Counted from the first letter of the stretch, positions 40,771-51,068 are shown. The stretch is 64,000 nt of DNA from Candidatus Aldehydirespirator sp. (GCA_965203635.1 OZ241903.1:2290583-2354582); one strand, 5' to 3'. Notes: generated by a model from the letters alone, not told the origin. Numbers and translations: made by a program.

Positions 40771-40816
40771 CGTGAGGGCCTGAGTGGCCCGTGAGCGAAG
40801 CGAACAAGAGCGGGCA
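40771..40816 (-). repeat. MIRU-like dispersed repeat, copy 3 (core only, inverted orientation)
   Basis: The reverse complement reads CCCGCTCTTGTTCGCTTCGCTCACGGGCCACTCAGGCCCTCAC. Confidence 0.75.
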
Positions 40817-40848
40817 ACAAGCTCACTGAAGGGCCGGAGGGACCAGGT

Positions 40849-41148
40849 TTGGCACGCAGGCAGGGCGTCGCAGAAGTCGTGGACCTGATCAAGGCCTACG
40901 TGCGCCAGGAGTTGCTCGGCCCGCTGCGGGGAGCCGGGCGGTGGGTGTCGATGGGTCTTGCCGGGAGCGTCGCGCTGGTCGTGGGTGTGATCCTGCTGCT
41001 GCTGTCGTTGCTGCGGGCTCTGCAGACCGAGACGGGCAGCGCCTTCGACGGGAGCCGGTCGTGGATTCCCTACGTGATCGCGATCGCCGCGCTCGCCGCG
41101 GTCGTCGCCCTGCTGTTGCGCCAGGTCGGCAAGCGAGGCCTCCGGTGA
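40849..41148 (+). CDS. small two-TM membrane protein (Holin-X-like)
   Basis: 99 aa, TTG start, two long hydrophobic helices. Confidence 0.5.
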   Translation: MARRQGVAEVVDLIKAYVRQELLGPLRGAGRWVSMGLAGSVALVVGVILLLLSLLRALQTETGSAFDGSRSWIPYVIAIAALAAVVALLLRQVGKRGLR

Positions 41149-41357
41149 CCGCGGAACCGGACCGGATCACCCGTGATTCGCTGGAGGACGCCCTGCGCGA
41201 CCTCCAAGCCGACATCGACCGGGACACCCAGCCGCTTCTCGTCAAGGTCGCGTACGGAGCGGCCGCGGCCGCCGGCGTCCTGATCGGCCTCGCCTACCTG
41301 ATTGGGCGAAGGGCCGGCCGGCTTCGCAGGACTGTCGTAGAGGTGAGGCGGGTCTGA
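41145..41357 (+). CDS. small single-TM membrane protein
   Basis: The GTG overlaps the previous stop (GTGA). 70 aa with a C-terminal TM and Arg-rich tail. Confidence 0.45.
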   Translation: MTAEPDRITRDSLEDALRDLQADIDRDTQPLLVKVAYGAAAAAGVLIGLAYLIGRRAGRLRRTVVEVRRV

Positions 41358-41360
41358 GGA

Positions 41361-41597
41361 ATGGGGCTGGTCGGCGGGAAGGCAGCCGGAGCCTGGATCA
41401 CCCGCCAGGCCGTGCGACGCGGCCTGCTCGGCAGTTCCCGGCTGTGGTTCGCGGCATTCGTAGCGCAGGGCGCGTTCAAGCTGGCGCGCCGGGCGATCGG
41501 ATCCCGCGAGCCCACGACAGTGTTGGAGGAACGGCTCGAGCCGGGTGCCGGCATCGAGATCCGGCACCTCAAGAGCACCCGCGGGAAGGGTGAGTGA
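41361..41597 (+). CDS. small hypothetical protein
   Basis: 78-aa ORF, third gene of the small co-directional trio. Confidence 0.45.
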   Translation: MGLVGGKAAGAWITRQAVRRGLLGSSRLWFAAFVAQGAFKLARRAIGSREPTTVLEERLEPGAGIEIRHLKSTRGKGE

Positions 41598-41616
41598 CTC
41601 GCGATGAAGCAAACCG

Positions 41617-41684
41617 TCTCCCGCTCCTGTTCGCTGCGCTCACGGGCCGCTCGGGCCACGGCCTCGCTTCGCTCGGCCTCTAAG
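41617..41684 (+). repeat. MIRU-like dispersed repeat, copy 4 (short form)
   Basis: TCTCCCGCTCCTGTTCGCTGCGCTCACGGGCCGCTCGGGCCACGGCCTCGCTTCGCTCGGCCTCTAAG. Confidence 0.8.
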
Positions 41685-41728
41685 CGGGACCGCGGCTGAG
41701 CCGCCACAGGCCGAGCCAGGCTGGTCCG

Positions 41729-41929
41729 ATGCGAGTCGTGCTGCGCAACCCGACCAGGGAGATCGACGTCGAGGGTCCGATGACGGTGCACACCCTGCTG
41801 CAACGCCTGGAGCTGAACCGGGAGTCTCATCTGGTGATATGCGACGGCGAGCTGGTCGCGGGTGACCGCACGCTGGCGGCGGACGCTTCGGTGGAGATCC
41901 GCAGCGTCATATCGGGCGGGTCGCGGTGA
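41729..41929 (+). CDS. ThiS/MoaD-family ubiquitin-like sulfur carrier (TtuB-like), with Gly-Gly followed by two extra residues
   Basis: 66 aa ending ..[12 protein letters not shown]. Lies immediately upstream of the TtuA-like gene. Confidence 0.7.
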   Translation: MRVVLRNPTREIDVEGPMTVHTLLQRLELNRESHLVICDGELVAGDRTLAADASVEIRSVISGGSR

Positions 41930-41960
41930 GGTGCCGGGTAGCGATGAGGGCGGTGTCGCG

Positions 41961-42899
41961 GTGAAGTGCCGGGTGTGCCGCGGCGCGGCGGTGATCGACA
42001 TCCGGCGCCACAACGCCAACTTCTGCCGGGAGCACTTCCTGCGGCTGTGTCGCGACCAGGTGGAGAAGGCCATCCGACGCTTCGGCATGCTGCAGCCCGG
42101 CGAGCGGGTGCTGGTGGCGGTGTCGGGCGGCAAGGACAGCCTGGCCCTGTGGGACATCCTCGTGGACTTGGGGTACGACGCCGACGGCTTCTACCTGGGA
42201 CTCGGCATCGGCGACTACAGCGACGAATCCGCCGGCTACGCCCACCTCTACGCGGAGGGCCGGAACCTCACCCTCCACACCGTCGACCTGCCGCAGAGCC
42301 ACGGCTTCGACATCCCTACCGGCGCTCGCGCGGCCAAGCGGGCACCCTGTTCCGCGTGCGGTCTGTCCAAGCGGCATCTCTTCGACGACGCAGCCCGTCG
42401 CGGCGGCTACGACGCCCTCGCCACCGGCCACAACCTCGACGACGAGGCGGCGGTGCTGATGGGCAACACGCTCAGGTGGCAGACCGAGTACCTGGGCCGG
42501 CAACTGCCCGTGCTCGACGCCCGAGACGGCTTTCCCCGCAAGATCAAGCCCCTAGTGCGCCTCACCGAGCGCGAGACCGCGGCCTACTGCATCCTGAGGG
42601 GCATCGACTACATCGTCGAGGAGTGCCCCATGGCGGTCGGCAACAAGCACCTCGCGTACAAGGCCGCCCTCAACGACATCGAGGTGGAGTCGCCGGGAGC
42701 CAAGCACGACTTCTACTTCGGCTTCCTCGAGCGGGCCTCGGAGCGCTTCCGGGCCGAGGTCGAGCGGGACCGGGCCGCCCTGGCCGCGTGCGAGCGGTGC
42801 GGGTCGCCCACCGATGCCGGTGTGTGCGCCTTCTGCCGCCTGACCGATCGGGCGACAGTTGGAGCCCCGGTTCACTTCTCCGACCGCGGCCTCCCATGA
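41961..42899 (+). CDS. TtuA/Ncs6-type tRNA 2-thiolation PP-loop ATPase
   Basis: N-terminal CRVC..CREH zinc finger and PP-loop SGGKDS. CSACG and EECP Fe-S cysteines. C-terminal CERC..CAFC zinc finger. GTG 41931 is an alternative start. Confidence 0.8.
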   Translation: MKCRVCRGAAVIDIRRHNANFCREHFLRLCRDQVEKAIRRFGMLQPGERVLVAVSGGKDSLALWDILVDLGYDADGFYLGLGIGDYSDESAGYAHLYAEGRNLTLHTVDLPQSHGFDIPTGARAAKRAPCSACGLSKRHLFDDAARRGGYDALATGHNLDDEAAVLMGNTLRWQTEYLGRQLPVLDARDGFPRKIKPLVRLTERETAAYCILRGIDYIVEECPMAVGNKHLAYKAALNDIEVESPGAKHDFYFGFLERASERFRAEVERDRAALAACERCGSPTDAGVCAFCRLTDRATVGAPVHFSDRGLP

Positions 42900-43672
42900 C
42901 CGCCGGGGCGTTCGAGCCGGGCGAGCCGGTCCTGCTGATCGACCGCAAGAACCGTCGCTATCTGATCGACCTGGCCGCGGGCCGGGAGTTCCACACCCAC
43001 ACCGGTGTGATCGCCCATGACGACATCATCGGCGCGCCCGAAGGCGCCAGGTTGAAGTCCTCGCGCGGCTCGGCCTTCCTGGCCCTGCGCCCCACCCTGG
43101 CCGACGCCGTGCTCAAGATGCCCCGGGGAGCGCAGGTGGTGTACCCCAAGGACACGGGGGCGATCCTCGTGCTGGCCGACATCTTTCCGGGTGCCAGGGT
43201 GCTCGAAGCCGGGGTCGGCTCAGGGGCGCTGTCGATGTCGCTGCTGCGGGCGGGCGCGGTCGTGTCGGGCTACGAGCGGCGGGAGGACTTCTGTGCCCGG
43301 GCCCGGGCCAACGTCGAGCGCTTCTGCGGCCCCGAGGCGATGGAGCGGTACCGCACCGAGGTCCGGGACGTCTACGAGGGCATCGACGAGACCGGCCTCG
43401 ACCGGATGGTGCTCGACCTGCCGGAGCCGTGGCGGGTGGTTCCCCACGCCGCGCGGGCGCTGCGCACCGGCGGCATCCTGCTGGCCTACACGCCGAGCAT
43501 CGTGCAGGTCCAGAGGCTGCGCCGGGCGCTGGAAGACTCGCCGTTCGGTCTGCACGACACCGTCGAGGTGCTGCACCGGGGCTGGCATGTCGAGGGCGAC
43601 GCGGTGCGCCCCAACCACCGCATGGTGGCCCACACCGGCTTCCTGACGGTGAGCCGGCTCACTGCTTCGTGA
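42896..43672 (+). CDS. trmI: tRNA (adenine58-N1)-methyltransferase
   Basis: ATGA overlap with the previous gene. PRGAQVVYPKD, EAGVGSGALS and DLPEPW motifs. Same neighbourhood as Rv2118c relative to mpa. Confidence 0.9.
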   Translation: MTAGAFEPGEPVLLIDRKNRRYLIDLAAGREFHTHTGVIAHDDIIGAPEGARLKSSRGSAFLALRPTLADAVLKMPRGAQVVYPKDTGAILVLADIFPGARVLEAGVGSGALSMSLLRAGAVVSGYERREDFCARARANVERFCGPEAMERYRTEVRDVYEGIDETGLDRMVLDLPEPWRVVPHAARALRTGGILLAYTPSIVQVQRLRRALEDSPFGLHDTVEVLHRGWHVEGDAVRPNHRMVAHTGFLTVSRLTAS

Positions 43673-44529
43673 GACACTCGGGGCGGTGGCGCGCCGTCGC
43701 CGCAGCCGCGGCCGTGGTCTTGGCGGGAGCGGGTGTGGCGGTGGCCGCGGATGCGATCTGGGACGCCCTGACGGGGTCCGGTACGGACGGGGGAGTTGCT
43801 GCGCCGGCCGAACCCGCGGAGGTGCCCGATCCGGTTCCCACCTCCACCCGTCCGCCCTTGGACGATCCTCCCGATCCGGGTCCGGTGCCCGACGATCACG
43901 GCATCTCGGAGGCGGACCTGGCCGCCGCGGTGGCTTCATCGGTCCGGGTGGCGGCACCGGCATGCCGGGGGATCGTGCGCGAGGGCAGCGGGTTCGGGGT
44001 CTCCGACGGTGATCTCGTTGTGACCATCGCGCACCTGATGGTCGGGATGGAGGAGCCTGAGGTCGAGCTGGCGGACGGCCGCAAGCTGGCCGCGGTGACG
44101 GTGGCCTTCGATCCCGCCAACGACCTGGCCGTGCTGCGGGTGCCGGGCGCGGGCCTGCGCCCCCTGCCCCTCAGCGAAGCCGCGCCCGACGGGACGCTGG
44201 GAGCGCTGCTGGCCTGGGAGGCGGAGGGCGCTCCCGACCCGACGCCGTTCCGCATCGACCGGCCGGTGACGGTGCGAACCGAGCCGGTGGGCGGGGGCGA
44301 GCGCATCGAGCGCCCTTCGTGGCTCCTGGCCGCCGACACCGAGGTGGGCGACTCCGGCGCCGCCCTGGTGACCGAGCTGGACGGCCGGATCACCGCAGTG
44401 GGTGTGGCCTGGGGCGCCTCCCGGCGCGGGGGAGGCGGGGTGGCCTACGCCACCCGGTCGAGCGCGGTGGAGACTCTGTTGGCGTCGTCCGATCTCAACG
44501 AGCGTGCCGAACTGCCCGGCTGCGGCTGA
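43669..44529 (+). CDS. secreted/membrane-anchored trypsin-like (S1) serine protease
   Basis: GTGA overlap start and an N-terminal hydrophobic anchor. GSGFGV..TIAHL (His), NDLAVLRV (Asp) and GDSGAAL (Ser). Confidence 0.8.
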   Translation: MRHSGRWRAVAAAAAVVLAGAGVAVAADAIWDALTGSGTDGGVAAPAEPAEVPDPVPTSTRPPLDDPPDPGPVPDDHGISEADLAAAVASSVRVAAPACRGIVREGSGFGVSDGDLVVTIAHLMVGMEEPEVELADGRKLAAVTVAFDPANDLAVLRVPGAGLRPLPLSEAAPDGTLGALLAWEAEGAPDPTPFRIDRPVTVRTEPVGGGERIERPSWLLAADTEVGDSGAALVTELDGRITAVGVAWGASRRGGGGVAYATRSSAVETLLASSDLNERAELPGCG

Positions 44530-44584
44530 TCGGCTGCGGGTGTCTCTGGGCTTGAGGCGCAGCCCTAGCGCGGCGCCCGGTCGC

Positions 44585-44818
44585 TCACACCTCTATGAAG
44601 ATGCACTCCCCGGGGCATTCCTCGGCCGACTCGATCACGGCCTCCTCCTGGCCGGCGGGCACCGCGGCGAGCCCGTCCGGTCCACCGGGATCGGAGAACA
44701 CATTGCCATCTTCCACTACATACGCGAGCCCGTCGTCGAGGAGGGTGAAGACGTCGGGGGCGATCTCCTCGCACAGTCCGTCCCCCGTGCACAGATCCTG
44801 ATCAATCCAGACCTTCAT
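44585..44818 (-). CDS. small ferredoxin (single-cluster type)
   Basis: 77 aa. DLCTGDGLCEEIAP ... ECPGECI. Confidence 0.85.
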   Translation of the reverse strand: MKVWIDQDLCTGDGLCEEIAPDVFTLLDDGLAYVVEDGNVFSDPGGPDGLAAVPAGQEEAVIESAEECPGECIFIEV

Positions 44819-45084
44819 GTCGGTAGCGGTACCTCTCTTCAGTGGGGCTCTCTACGTGGGGGCAGGCCCGACTCGGTCGGAGCAGCCCGCCGCGGACCGC
44901 TCTTCTAAGCAGCATAGCGGCTGCGGGTTCCAAACATTGCCAGGAAGCCTCGACTATTGCCAACATCACCGGCCGACAGTCTTCCGGTTCGCCTCCTCAC
45001 AGAGCACTAGTGCACAGTCTGGCGCCCGTGCCGTCTAGGGTGTCGTCCTACCCGCAATCCATCAAGCCGCGCAGGAGGTGAGCT

Positions 45085-46839
45085 GTGAGCGAGGCCGGCA
45101 CCGGCGACTCAGCGAGAGACCTGGACCGTCTGCGCCAGCTTGTGTCCGAGCTGGAGAGCGAGGTTGCCTCGCTGCGGCGGCGCCTGCACGACGCACCCAA
45201 GCGGGTGCGGATGCTCGAGGAGCGGCTGGCCGACACCAAGGGCCGTCTCACCCAGGCCGTGTCGCAGAATGAGCGGCTCACGACCATGCTCCGCGACGCG
45301 CGCGAGCACATCGGCTCGCTGCGCGAGGAGGTCGAGAAGCTCACCCAGCCGCCCAGCGGTTACGGCACCGTGCTCGGGTGCAACGACGACGGCACCGTGG
45401 ACGTGCGGGCCGGGGGCCGCAAGATGCGGGTCGCGGTCCATCCCGAGCTCGCCGACGACCTCAAGGCCGGCGAGGAGGTCGCGCTCAACGAATCGTTCAG
45501 CGTGGTGCTGGCCCGCCGGCCGGATCGCACCGGAGAGGTAGCCACCGTCAAGGAGCTGCTGCCGGGGGGCGACCGGGCCGTGGTGCTGGGCCGCGCCGAC
45601 GAGGAGCGGGTCGTCGAGCTCAGCGCGGTGGTCTCGGCCGAGCCCATCCGCAGTGGCGACAACGTGCTCATCGACGCCTCGGGCGATCTCGTCATCGAGC
45701 GCCTGCCCCGCCCCGAGGTGGAGGATCTCATCCTGGAGGAGGTGCCCGACACCTGCTACGACGATGTCGGAGGCCTCGACGTTCAGATCGAGCAGATCAC
45801 CGACGCGGTGGAACTGCCGTTCGTGCACCACACCCTGTTCGCCGAGTACGACCTGCCCGCGCCCAAGGGCGTGCTGCTCTACGGGCCGCCGGGCTGTGGC
45901 AAGACCCTCATCGCCAAGGCCGTGGCCAACAGCCTGGCCAGCAAGGTGTCGGAGCTGTCGGGCGACGCCCGGGCCCGCAGCTTCTTCCTGAACATCAAGG
46001 GACCCGAGCTGCTCAACAAGTACGTGGGCGAGACCGAGCGGCAGATCCGCCTGGTGTTCCAGCGGGCCCGGGAGAAGAGCGAGCAGGGCTGGCCCGTCAT
46101 CGTCTTCTTCGACGAGATGGAGTCGCTGTTCCGCACCCGGGGCTCGGGAATCAGCTCCGACATCGAGTCGACCATCGTCCCCCAGCTCCTGGCCGAGATC
46201 GACGGCGTGGAGGCTCTGCGCAACGTCATCGTGATCGGAGCGTCCAACCGCGAGGACCTCATCGACCCGGCCATCCTTCGCCCCGGTCGCCTCGACGTGA
46301 AGATCAAGATCGAGCGGCCCGACGCCGAGGCGGCCGCGTCCATCTTCGCCCGCTACCTGATCCCGAGCCTGCCGATCGCGGCCGAGATGGTCGACACCGT
46401 CGGCGGTGGCGACCCGGACAAGGCGGTGCGGGGCATGATCGAGCAGACCGTCGAGGACATGTACCGGCCCGCGGACCCGAACCGCTTTCTGGAGGTGACC
46501 TACCAGAACGGCGACAAGGAGGTCATGTACTACCGGGACTTCGCCTCGGGGGCGATGATCGAGAACGTGGTCCGGCGGGCCAAGAAGCTGGCCATCAAGC
46601 GCGAGATCGCCGGAGGGACCCGCGGCATCATGACCGCCGACCTGCTCGCCTCCGTGCGCCAGGAGTTCAAGGAGCACGAGGACCTGCCCAACACCACCAA
46701 CCCCGACGACTGGGCCCGGATATCGGGAAAGAAGGGCGAGCGCATCGTGTTCGTGCGCACCCTGGTTTCCAGCGACGAGGAGGACATCGCCTCCGGCGGG
46801 CGCTCCATCGAGAGGGTGCAGACCGGCCAGTACCTGTAG
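45085..46839 (+). CDS. arc: proteasome-associated AAA ATPase ARC/Mpa
   Basis: AGGAGG plus GTG start and an N-terminal coiled coil. Walker [10 protein letters not shown]-terminal proteasome-docking GQYL. Confidence 0.95.
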   Translation: MSEAGTGDSARDLDRLRQLVSELESEVASLRRRLHDAPKRVRMLEERLADTKGRLTQAVSQNERLTTMLRDAREHIGSLREEVEKLTQPPSGYGTVLGCNDDGTVDVRAGGRKMRVAVHPELADDLKAGEEVALNESFSVVLARRPDRTGEVATVKELLPGGDRAVVLGRADEERVVELSAVVSAEPIRSGDNVLIDASGDLVIERLPRPEVEDLILEEVPDTCYDDVGGLDVQIEQITDAVELPFVHHTLFAEYDLPAPKGVLLYGPPGCGKTLIAKAVANSLASKVSELSGDARARSFFLNIKGPELLNKYVGETERQIRLVFQRAREKSEQGWPVIVFFDEMESLFRTRGSGISSDIESTIVPQLLAEIDGVEALRNVIVIGASNREDLIDPAILRPGRLDVKIKIERPDAEAAASIFARYLIPSLPIAAEMVDTVGGGDPDKAVRGMIEQTVEDMYRPADPNRFLEVTYQNGDKEVMYYRDFASGAMIENVVRRAKKLAIKREIAGGTRGIMTADLLASVRQEFKEHEDLPNTTNPDDWARISGKKGERIVFVRTLVSSDEEDIASGGRSIERVQTGQYL

Positions 46840-46909
46840 CCGGTCGCCGGCCGTGGGCCAGCATCGTCTGCCATCCCCACAAGTTCACCATTCCCCACAA
46901 GGAGGAGCC

Positions 46910-48076
46910 ATGCCTTCCGCAAAGCCCTTGTCGTGGAGCGCGCTGGCCGTCGTCTGCGCCGTGATCCTGCTCGCCGCCGCGTGCGGCGATGACGCCGGCG
47001 AGGCCGGCGACGGCGCGGCGGCGCCCGAGGACACCGCGCCGCCCGAGGACACCGCCGCCCCCGCCGAGCCCAGCGTCACCGCGGCCGACGCCGTCGAGGT
47101 CACCCAGGGCGGCGACCTGCTGCAGACGGTGCTGGGGCGAGGCAGGCTGGTGTGCGGCGTGTCGGGCACCAGGGTGATCTTCTCGGAGACACGGCCCGAC
47201 GGCAGCGTGGTCGGCGTCGACGCCGACTACTGCCGGGTTGTGGCGGCGGTCATGTTCGGCGACGCCGACGCGGTGGAGTACGTGTCGCTCACCACCGGAG
47301 AGCGCTTCACAGCCCTCCAGACCGGCGTCATCGACGTGCTGATTCGCAGCACCACATGGACGCAGACCCGCGACACCGAGCTGGCGCTGGACTTCGGGCC
47401 GGTGATCTACTACGACGGCCAGCAACTCATGGCCCGGGCCGGCGACGACTTCTCGCCCTCCTCGGACGTGGCCGACATCGCCGGGGCGGTGGTGTGCGCC
47501 CTGGCCGGGACGACGACCGAGCAGAACGTCTCCGACGCCGCCGACGCCGCCGGGATCGACATCACCCTCACCACCCTCGAGGACTTCGACGCCATCACCG
47601 AGAGCTTCATCCAGGGATCATGCGACGTGGTCACCGCCGACGGCTCGGCGCTGGCCGGGCGCAAGGCGAAGCAGCAGCCCGACGACCAGGAGTGGGTGAT
47701 CTTCCCGGCCACCCCGATCTCCAAGGAGCCGCTGGCCCCGGTGTACCTCCACAACCAGTCGCGCTTCGGCGACGTGGTGAACTGGGCGGTGTACGCCACC
47801 ATCATCGCGGACGAGAAGGGCATCACCTCCGCCAACGTCGACGACATGGCGGCCAGCCCGCCCGACGCGGAGGTGGCCCGCCTGCTCGGTGGCGAGGGCG
47901 AGCTCCAGACCGCTATGGGCCTGGCTCCCGACGCCTTCTACCAGGCCATCTCCCAGGTGGGGAATTACGACGAGATCCTCGGCCGGCACTTGGAGCCGGC
48001 CGGTCTGACCCGGGCCGGCACGATCAACGCCGGTTGGCGTGACGGCGGCCTGATCTATGCCCCTCCCGCCCGGTGA
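46910..48076 (+). CDS. amino-acid ABC transporter substrate-binding lipoprotein (AapJ-like), paralog 1
   Basis: AAGGAGGAG Shine-Dalgarno and lipobox LLAAAC. 388 aa. Confidence 0.88.
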   Translation: MPSAKPLSWSALAVVCAVILLAAACGDDAGEAGDGAAAPEDTAPPEDTAAPAEPSVTAADAVEVTQGGDLLQTVLGRGRLVCGVSGTRVIFSETRPDGSVVGVDADYCRVVAAVMFGDADAVEYVSLTTGERFTALQTGVIDVLIRSTTWTQTRDTELALDFGPVIYYDGQQLMARAGDDFSPSSDVADIAGAVVCALAGTTTEQNVSDAADAAGIDITLTTLEDFDAITESFIQGSCDVVTADGSALAGRKAKQQPDDQEWVIFPATPISKEPLAPVYLHNQSRFGDVVNWAVYATIIADEKGITSANVDDMAASPPDAEVARLLGGEGELQTAMGLAPDAFYQAISQVGNYDEILGRHLEPAGLTRAGTINAGWRDGGLIYAPPAR

Positions 48077-48175
48077 CGGCGGAGCAGCGCCGGTGAGAAC
48101 GATCCTCAGTTGAAACCGCCTCGCCGGGCCAATACGGTGGCAGCGTCATTGACGGACAGCCCACGGAGGGAACCA

Positions 48176-49342
48176 GTGACCAGAAACAGACCACTGCTAT
48201 GGCGCGCGCTTGCAGTGCTATTTGCCGTGACCTTGATCGCAGCATCATGCGGCGACGACGAAGACGACGTAGAGGTAACGGCGCCTACTGAGACGGCAGC
48301 GCCGGATACTGACGATGCCGAGCCTGCCGAGACCACGACCACCGCGGCCGACGCCATCGAGGACACCCAGGACGGCGACCTGCTCGACACGGTCCTCGCT
48401 CGCGGCGAGTTGAACTGCGGCGTTTCCGGTTCTGCGGTTGCATTCTCGGAGACCCAGCCCGACGGATCCCAGACCGGTTTCGACGCCGACTACTGCCGGG
48501 CGGTGGCCGCGGCGCTGTTCGGCGACGCCGAAGCGGTCGTCTTCACTCCTTTGACCGCGGCCGAGCGGTTCACCGCGGTGCAGACGGGCGAGGTCGACGT
48601 GCTGATGCGCAACACCACCTGGACCCAGAGCCGTGACACCGAGGTCGGCATGGACTTCGGTCCCACCACCTACTACGACGGCCAGCAGCTCATGGCCCGC
48701 GAGTCGGCCGGCTTCTCGGGCTCGTCCCAGGTTGCCGACATCGCCGGCGCGGTCGTGTGCACCAACGCCGGAACCACCACCGAGCAGAACATCGCCGACG
48801 CGGCCGACGCAGCCGGGATCGACATACAGCTCACGACCTTCGAGGACTTCGACCAGGTCACCGAGAACTTCATCAACGGCGCCTGCGACGTGATCACGAC
48901 CGACGGCTCGGCCCTGGTCGGGCGCAAGGCCAACAACCAGCCTGCGGGTGAGAACTGGGTGATCTTCCCGGCCACGCCGATCTCCAAGGAGCCCCTCGGC
49001 CCGACCTACGGGCAGAACCAGTCCCGCTTCGCCGACGTGGTGAACTGGACCGTGTACGCCACGGTCATCGCCGATGAGAAGGGCATCACCTCTGCCAACG
49101 TGGCCGACATGGCGGCCAGCCCGCCCGACGCCGAGGCGGCCCGCCTGCTGGGCGCAGCCGACGACGAGCAGCAGTCGAACATGGGTCTGGCTCCCGACGC
49201 CTTCTACCAGGTGATCGCCCAGGTCGGGAACTACGACGAGATCTACTCCCGCCACCTCATCCCGGTCGGGCTGACCCGCGAGGGCTCGGCCAACGCCGGC
49301 TGGCTCGACGGAGGTCTCATCTACGCACCGCCGGCCCGCTAA
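48176..49342 (+). CDS. amino-acid ABC transporter substrate-binding lipoprotein (AapJ-like), paralog 2
   Basis: GGAGGG plus GTG 48176 and lipobox LIAASC. 388 aa, colinear with paralog 1. Confidence 0.88.
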   Translation: MTRNRPLLWRALAVLFAVTLIAASCGDDEDDVEVTAPTETAAPDTDDAEPAETTTTAADAIEDTQDGDLLDTVLARGELNCGVSGSAVAFSETQPDGSQTGFDADYCRAVAAALFGDAEAVVFTPLTAAERFTAVQTGEVDVLMRNTTWTQSRDTEVGMDFGPTTYYDGQQLMARESAGFSGSSQVADIAGAVVCTNAGTTTEQNIADAADAAGIDIQLTTFEDFDQVTENFINGACDVITTDGSALVGRKANNQPAGENWVIFPATPISKEPLGPTYGQNQSRFADVVNWTVYATVIADEKGITSANVADMAASPPDAEAARLLGAADDEQQSNMGLAPDAFYQVIAQVGNYDEIYSRHLIPVGLTREGSANAGWLDGGLIYAPPAR

Positions 49343-49395
49343 GGGGCGACGGCCTAGAGAAACCTCACCTGAAGGACATACTCGTCTAGGTTTGC

Positions 49396-49425
49396 GGGGG
49401 TCCGGGACGGCAGTCCCGGACCCCC
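49396..49425 (+). terminator. strong hairpin between binding-protein and permease genes (attenuator/terminator candidate)
   Basis: GGGGGTCCGGGAC-GGCA-GTCCCGGACCCCC, a 13-bp perfect stem, followed by GTTGCCGTTTCC. Confidence 0.5.
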
Positions 49426-49479
49426 GTTGCCGTTTCCATAGCCGAAGACCGCGACCGACCGCCCCGGAGGCGCCCCGGC

Positions 49480-51015
49480 GTGTCCAACACCGATCAAGCC
49501 ACGCTGGCCGCGACCCAGTCGCAGCGCCCGCCCTTCTACCGCGACGTCACCGTCGTCAAGTGGCTGGCCCAGGTCTTCACGCTCCTGCTGGTCGTCTTCG
49601 CCCTGTTCTTCCTCACCACTCAGGCGCTCGAGAATCTCGACCGCCAGGGAATCGAGATCAAGTACGACTTCCTGGGCATCGGGCTCGGGAGCGACCTCCG
49701 GGAGGGCATCGACACCGATCCCGACACCGCCGGCCGGGCGCTGTGGGCCGGAGCGGTCAACACGATCCGCATCGCCGCGGGCGGGATCGTGGCGGCCACC
49801 ATCCTCGGGGTGCTGATCGGGGTCGGGCGGCTGTCGAGCAACTGGATCGTCAGCCGCATGTGCAGCGTCTTCGTCGAGACAATGCGCAACATCCCGCTGC
49901 TGGTCCAGATCGTCTTCATCTGGGCGCTGGTTGCCACCCTTCCCGACGTGGAGTTGGACCAGGGGCCCATCAACGGCCTCCTGCACCTCTCCAACAAGGG
50001 GGTGTCGGTGCCGCGCGTGCACATCGACGACGGCTTCTACCAGTGGCTCGTCTTCATCGGTATCGGCTGGCTGGTCGGCTCGTTGGTCAAGCGCCGCCAG
50101 GAGCGCCGTCACGACGCCACCGGCCACGACACCTACCCGGTGCTGAGCTTCCTGGCCGTGCTGGCCGTCTTCGGCGCGGTGGGCTGGGTGGCGCACCCGA
50201 TATTCGGCTGGGTGGGCGCCATCTTCGACTTCATCGGCGACGGGTTCTCCTCGTTGACGCCGGTCGTCGTGCAGGTGGTTCTGTCGCTGGCCGCGCTGGC
50301 GGCGGCGGCGTGGTGGATCCGCCGCTTCCTGGCCCGGCACCGCACGCCGGCGGGGCTCATGAAGCTCACCGACGACGACAAGTTCCGGATCATCTTCGCC
50401 GGGGTGGGCGCCCTGGCGGTGATCGCGTTCGTGCTGGTGGTCTGGCCCGGTCTGTCGAGCTGGATCATCAACTCCGGCAGCGACCTGCTCGGGGTCATCG
50501 CCGACAAGTTCGGGGACGGCCGCACCGGACGGCCCATCGACATCAAGCGGCCCGACGTCGAGCAGCTCGGCAACTTCCCCAATCCCGGCCCGGCCGGGCT
50601 GAACCTCACCCAGGGCGGCGCCGCGGTGTTCTTCGGCGTCGTCCTCTACACCGCGTCGTTCATCGCCGAGATCGTGCGGGGCGGCATCCTGGCCGTCCCG
50701 AAGGGCCAGACCGAGGCCGCCCAGGCGGTCGGGCTGCGGCGGGTGACGATGCTGCGCCGGGTCATCCTGCCCCAGGCCTTCCGGGTGATACTCCCGCCGC
50801 TGGGCAACCAGTACCTGAACCTCACCAAGAACACGTCGCTGGCCATCGCCGTGGGCTACAGCGACTTCGTGCAGGTGGGCCAGATCGTCTACAACCAGAC
50901 GGGCAAGACGCTCGAGGTGATCTCCCTTTGGATGCTGTTCTACCTGGCCTGCTCGTTGACGATCTCGGTAGTGGTCAACTTCTTCAACATCCGCATGAAG
51001 ATCGTGGAGCGCTGA
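49480..51015 (+). CDS. amino-acid ABC transporter permease (AapQ-like)
   Basis: 511 aa. The TMD halves are split by a long insert, as in the AapQ/BztB type. EAA-like loop AVPKGQTEAAQAVGL. Confidence 0.88.
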   Translation: MSNTDQATLAATQSQRPPFYRDVTVVKWLAQVFTLLLVVFALFFLTTQALENLDRQGIEIKYDFLGIGLGSDLREGIDTDPDTAGRALWAGAVNTIRIAAGGIVAATILGVLIGVGRLSSNWIVSRMCSVFVETMRNIPLLVQIVFIWALVATLPDVELDQGPINGLLHLSNKGVSVPRVHIDDGFYQWLVFIGIGWLVGSLVKRRQERRHDATGHDTYPVLSFLAVLAVFGAVGWVAHPIFGWVGAIFDFIGDGFSSLTPVVVQVVLSLAALAAAAWWIRRFLARHRTPAGLMKLTDDDKFRIIFAGVGALAVIAFVLVVWPGLSSWIINSGSDLLGVIADKFGDGRTGRPIDIKRPDVEQLGNFPNPGPAGLNLTQGGAAVFFGVVLYTASFIAEIVRGGILAVPKGQTEAAQAVGLRRVTMLRRVILPQAFRVILPPLGNQYLNLTKNTSLAIAVGYSDFVQVGQIVYNQTGKTLEVISLWMLFYLACSLTISVVVNFFNIRMKIVER

Positions 51016-51068
51016 GATGGCTGGAGTGCGCCGATGACGGTTCCGAATGAAGGTCCTGGAGTGCACCG

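Noticed and set aside
45004-45013. GCACTAGTGC palindrome in the lower-GC ferredoxin/arc divergent region as an operator
   Set aside because: It is a single 10-bp palindrome without a repeat or a recognisable promoter context, which is too weak to call.
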